IMG/VR virus record: IMGVR_UViG_3300012347_000377
Span: 192,001-256,000 of that record
Length of the DNA stretch: 64,000 nt
Origin: a virus
Taxonomy: Duplodnaviria; Heunggongvirae; Uroviricota; Caudoviricetes
Direction: 5' to 3' (one strand)
Shown: piece by piece, positions 60,418 to 64,000 of the stretch
Position numbering within the stretch: the stretch's first letter is position 1
How the letters are laid out: every line of letters starts with the position of its first letter
The notes under the pieces: model-generated
The model's database searches: none
Told to the model about the DNA's origin: nothing
What the model saw: only the letters and a program-made list of their open reading frames with translations
Made by a program: the position numbers and the translations under genes

Positions 60418-60432
60418 ATACTTATATTTATA
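60418..60432 (+). promoter_or_regulatory. Overlapping ATACTTATA/ATATTTATA late-promoter motifs
   Basis: ATACTTATATTTATA before 60455. Confidence 0.6.
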
Positions 60433-60454
60433 TTAAATTAAAACACACACAATT

Positions 60455-60715
60455 ATGGGATTATTTACATTTATTAAAAATCTTTTTGTAAAAGCAGAAC
60501 AGATTGAAGAAGCAGTAGAAACTTTTGTAGAACAAGTAGAAGAAATTGTACCTGAAACTAAAAAAATGACTAAAAAAGCTAAAGATGGTATTACTAAAGC
60601 AAAAACCGCTACTAAAAAAGCAAAAGAAGTTGTTATTGAAAACGAAGTTGCAATCAATGCAGTAGAAGCAGTTGCAAAGACAGTAAAGACAAAAAGAGCA
60701 TCTGCAAAAAAATAA
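60455..60715 (+). CDS. Small Lys/Ala-rich protein
   Basis: Amphipathic N-terminus, KKAK repeats. Confidence 0.7.
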   Translation: MGLFTFIKNLFVKAEQIEEAVETFVEQVEEIVPETKKMTKKAKDGITKAKTATKKAKEVVIENEVAINAVEAVAKTVKTKRASAKK

Positions 60716-60736
60716 TATCTTCACAATAGGAGTATA

Positions 60737-61555
60737 ATGAGCGTAAAAAATAACCTTACCGAAGCTAAGATTGTAAAATCTATGTTTGAGTTGGAAACAG
60801 AAATGTTGTCACTCAAAGAATCTATATTAGAACAATTAATATTAGAAGGAGTAGATGATCCAGGTATTCTAAAATGTGTATTTTTAGCAGGAGGGCCGGG
60901 TAGTGGTAAATCATTTACTGCTAAGGAAATCTTCGGTGTAGGTAAATCATTTACATCCTCATTCTCATCTTACGGATTAAAATTAGTAAATTCAGATACT
61001 GCTTTTGAAGCAGAACTTAAAAAGAATGGTATTAATCCAAAAGATTTGGGTAAAATTGAAAAAGAAGACCCTACGTTATGGGATATGATTACTAAAAATC
61101 CCGGTGGTATTAGAGATAAAGCAAAAAACATTACCCAACAACAACAATCTTTTTACGAAGCAGGTAGATTAGGATTGATTATTGATGGAACGGGTGATGA
61201 ATATTCAAAAATTAAAAAGAAAAAAGACCATGCTGAAAGTTTAGGATACGATTGTTATATGGTATTTGTAAACACATCATTGGAGGTTGCACAAGAACGA
61301 AACGCGAAGAGAGATAGAACTCTTCCCGAATCATTGGTTTCAGAGATATGGAAAGCATGTCAACAAAACTTAGGAAAATTCCATAATTTATTTGGTGGTA
61401 ATTTTGCTATTGTAGATAATACTGTCTACAAACCCGTTGATACCGCAGTCCAAAAAGCAGTTACTCAATTTATTACAAAACCAATTAAAAACAGAATTGG
61501 TTTGAAATGGGTTGATACTGCAAGAGCTTTAAAGAAAAGTAATATTATCAAATAA
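60737..61555 (+). CDS. P-loop kinase (zeta toxin/AAA_33-like) with LxE-rich leader
   Basis: LAGGPGSGKS, VNSD, IIDGTG, ERNAKRDR lid. Confidence 0.82.
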   Translation: MSVKNNLTEAKIVKSMFELETEMLSLKESILEQLILEGVDDPGILKCVFLAGGPGSGKSFTAKEIFGVGKSFTSSFSSYGLKLVNSDTAFEAELKKNGINPKDLGKIEKEDPTLWDMITKNPGGIRDKAKNITQQQQSFYEAGRLGLIIDGTGDEYSKIKKKKDHAESLGYDCYMVFVNTSLEVAQERNAKRDRTLPESLVSEIWKACQQNLGKFHNLFGGNFAIVDNTVYKPVDTAVQKAVTQFITKPIKNRIGLKWVDTARALKKSNIIK

Positions 61556-61587
61556 TCAATCAGGAGACTCGATGAGAGTTACGTTAA

Positions 61588-61734
61588 ATGGCAAAAGCTA
61601 AAGGTGGTGCAACTACATCAACTGCTCACAAAACAACAAAAGTATCAAGACCAGGTGTTCACGCTAAAACTAAAACATCGGTTCACAAACATAGTAAAAA
61701 CTACAAAAAGGCTTATAGAGGTCAAGGTAGATAA
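61588..61734 (+). CDS. Small basic protein ending YRGQGR, 48 aa; not in ORF track
   Basis: MAKAKGGATTSTAHKTTKVSRPGVHAKTKTSVHKHSKNYKKAYRGQGR. Confidence 0.8.
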   Translation: MAKAKGGATTSTAHKTTKVSRPGVHAKTKTSVHKHSKNYKKAYRGQGR

Positions 61735-61749
61735 TAATAAAAATTAGTT

Positions 61750-62673
61750 ATGAGGTATAGGAATATTGCTTTCTTTGGTGATTCCTTTACTTGGGGTGAA
61801 GGGTTGGAGTTATATTCATCTAACCAAAAATGGATAACGCAACGCAATAACAAATCAACTTGGATGGAAATTCAACCAATTCAAGATGAGGAATCTATAT
61901 TATTTAGAGAATCAAATCGATTTCCAAAACTCGTAACAACTCATTTCAAATCAAATTTACTAATTGATCATCAGAATGGTGGTTCATTTCGTAGTTTAAT
62001 GGTAAAATTAAATCCAATACTCAACGATTTAAATAAACCCGAAATCCTCATATATCAATTCTCATCATTTAACAGAAATGATATATGTTTTGAAGAAGAT
62101 TCTAGCAATTTCAATTGTAAATGTAATATATGTGAGGTTAGTGCTAAGTATGATGCTTCCTGGCCAATTACATTCGATGTGATATATAAGATTATTAGCG
62201 ATATACACTATGGTAATCTAACGGAGTATCAACAACATCTAAAAAAACAATTTTCTATTAAATACGATATTGATTTTAATTTACCAATTGATGTTTTAAT
62301 TGATTCAGTTAAAACTATTGAAATAAAGAAATCAAAAATACATTTAGAATATTTGTTTAATACTTACTTTAAGAAATTAGAATCCGATGGTGTAGCTATA
62401 TTTTTTATTGATACGTGGGATAATCTGGCTAGAGAATCTTTATTTAAAAATGAATATTTTGTAGAAAGAGTAATTCCATTGATTGGGTATGATGATAATT
62501 CTTATGTAAATTATTCAGAATGGGAATCTACATTTGAATATAGAAGAATTGTAGATGAATTCCCAAAAACAGAAAACGCACATCCAACGTTATTACAACA
62601 TCAGTATATTGGAAAATCAATAATTGATTTTTTAGAGAAAAAAAACATTAAAAATAAAATTAAGTATATTTAA
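61750..62673 (+). CDS. SGNH/GDSL-like protein (paralogue 6)
   Basis: GDSFTWGEGL, QNGGS, NAHPTLLQH; closest to paralogue 1. Confidence 0.75.
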   Translation: MRYRNIAFFGDSFTWGEGLELYSSNQKWITQRNNKSTWMEIQPIQDEESILFRESNRFPKLVTTHFKSNLLIDHQNGGSFRSLMVKLNPILNDLNKPEILIYQFSSFNRNDICFEEDSSNFNCKCNICEVSAKYDASWPITFDVIYKIISDIHYGNLTEYQQHLKKQFSIKYDIDFNLPIDVLIDSVKTIEIKKSKIHLEYLFNTYFKKLESDGVAIFFIDTWDNLARESLFKNEYFVERVIPLIGYDDNSYVNYSEWESTFEYRRIVDEFPKTENAHPTLLQHQYIGKSIIDFLEKKNIKNKIKYI

Positions 62674-62706
62674 TCATATTAAACTAACGAGGGATATATT
62701 GATTAT

Positions 62707-62868
62707 ATGACAAATTTAACTGAAGAAATCGGCAGAATCTGTAATTTATTAGAGGATGCATACGAAGAACAAAACTGGCAGATAGTAAAAAAAATGATAG
62801 AAGCTTTAGATAAAATCTATAATGATTTAGATAGAGCAGATAATGGTTTCATAGATTATGAAGATTAA
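62707..62868 (+). CDS. Small acidic hypothetical protein, 53 aa; not in ORF track
   Basis: MTNLTEEIGRICNLLEDAYEE...DYED fills the gap and overlaps the next start. Confidence 0.65.
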   Translation: MTNLTEEIGRICNLLEDAYEEQNWQIVKKMIEALDKIYNDLDRADNGFIDYED

Positions 62869-63247
62869 CGTAGATATACGATTACCAAAAAAAGTAGAAA
62901 AAATTTGGGGTTATGAATTATGGATACACAATGATTCCGAATATTGTGGAAAATTGTTAGTATTCAATAATGAAGGTGATAAATTTTCAATGCATTATCA
63001 TTTGAAGAAAAAAGAAAGTTGGTTTGTTCAAAACGGGTCTTTCATTTTTGATTGGATAGATGTTGAAGAAGCCAAACTATGTTCAAAGGTAATCAAACCC
63101 GGTGATTCCGTTTTAATTGAAAGAGGATTACCACATCAATTAGTTGCATTAGAATCCGGTTCTACTATATTTGAGGTGAGCACTGAACATTTTGATGAAG
63201 ATTCATACCGAATTTATAGAGATACACCCAACGATTTAAAAAAATAA
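62858..63247 (+). CDS. Cupin (sugar isomerase-like)
   Basis: VEKIWGYE, SMHYHLKKKE, PHQL, EVST. Confidence 0.85.
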   Translation: MKINVDIRLPKKVEKIWGYELWIHNDSEYCGKLLVFNNEGDKFSMHYHLKKKESWFVQNGSFIFDWIDVEEAKLCSKVIKPGDSVLIERGLPHQLVALESGSTIFEVSTEHFDEDSYRIYRDTPNDLKK

Positions 63248-63248
63248 T

Positions 63249-63422
63249 ATGTCATACATTGTAAAGTATTTATCAAATATTGAAGATTTGAAAAGGGAAT
63301 TGGAAACAACACCTGAAAATATCAGATATTATGCTAAATATGAAGGGTTCGAGGGTTCATCTGAATCCATTGATTACATTGATGAGAAATTAGCAGAATA
63401 CATTCTAAACAAATCTAAATGA
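63249..63422 (+). CDS. Small hypothetical protein, 57 aa; not in ORF track
   Basis: MSYIVKYLSN...NKSK; ATGA overlap with next gene. Confidence 0.65.
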   Translation: MSYIVKYLSNIEDLKRELETTPENIRYYAKYEGFEGSSESIDYIDEKLAEYILNKSK

Positions 63423-64000
63423 TATATCCATTTTCTATATTGGATACTCGTACTAAGGAATGGAAAGATAGAAAAAATTGGTGGATACAAACCCACAATA
63501 TTCAATCTGAACTTGGTAGAGAAGAAACTCAATCTAAAACCATATTTTGGGAATCGGAAACAAACGTATCAGTTTTCGATCCATTTTTATGCGAGTTGAT
63601 GTATGATTGGTTTTGTCCAAAAAATGGTAGAGTATTAGACCCATTTGCAGGAGGAAGTGTAAGAGGAATCGTAGCATCAGAAATGGGATTTAACTATACC
63701 GGTATTGATATATCCTATACACAAATAAAAGCAAATAAATTGCAATCTTATAAACCCGATTGGATAATTGGCGATAGTAATGTTGTATTAGATTATTTAA
63801 GTGATGATGAATATGATTTTGTATTTACTTGCCCACCATACCATGATTTAGAAATATATTCAGATAATCCAAAAGATATTTCAACTATGGGTTATGATGA
63901 GTTTTTAGTATCATTGGAATCTATATTATCTAAATCAGTTTTCAAATTGAAAAACAATCGATTTGTCGGTATAGTTGTATCTGAAATCAGAGAACAATCT
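63419..64000 (+). CDS. DNA amino-methyltransferase (paralogue 4; 3' end truncated by window)
   Basis: Manual translation: PFSILD, SVFDP, LDPFAGGSVRG motif I, FTCPPY motif IV. Confidence 0.88.
   Translation, partial: MIYPFSILDTRTKEWKDRKNWWIQTHNIQSELGREETQSKTIFWESETNVSVFDPFLCELMYDWFCPKNGRVLDPFAGGSVRGIVASEMGFNYTGIDISYTQIKANKLQSYKPDWIIGDSNVVLDYLSDDEYDFVFTCPPYHDLEIYSDNPKDISTMGYDEFLVSLESILSKSVFKLKNNRFVGIVVSEIREQS

Overview
AT-rich, gene-dense 64 kb segment of a large lytic dsDNA (jumbo/huge, T4-like replication type) bacteriophage. All credible genes are on the + strand and use the standard code. The host is very likely Bacteroidota: there are 11 TTTG-N20-TAnnTTTG promoters, Gln-after-cleavage signal peptides, a DUF4494-like gene and a Bacteroidota-type histone H1-like gene. 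Layout: (1-26.8 kb) replication, recombination and nucleotide metabolism (RecA, 5'-3' exonuclease, helicase, RNR, family B polymerase, clamp, clamp loader, GroEL/ES, IMPDH/GMPR). This block is interleaved with a candidate DNA base-hypermodification set: three amino-MTases, an ABC-ATPase-GNAT fusion, a divergent thymidylate-synthase homologue, an AsnB-like amidotransferase and a fold-II PLP enzyme. (27-35 kb) glycosyltransferase island. (35-44.3 kb) unusual exported/outer-membrane cluster: two CsgG-like proteins, two cohesin+dockerin-like proteins (one with a C-type lectin), two lipoproteins resembling stand-alone T9SS sorting domains, a beta-barrel protein, a GH19 endolysin and holin-like genes. 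(45.7-54.1 kb) many proteins sharing an N-terminal MIKLxxLLxE-type leader, probably head-packaged proteins. (54-64 kb) sulfation module, amidinotransferase, SGNH paralogues, ferredoxin, kinase, cupin and a fourth, truncated MTase. No tRNA, rRNA or CRISPR array was seen. All family calls come from motif recognition by eye, not from database searches.
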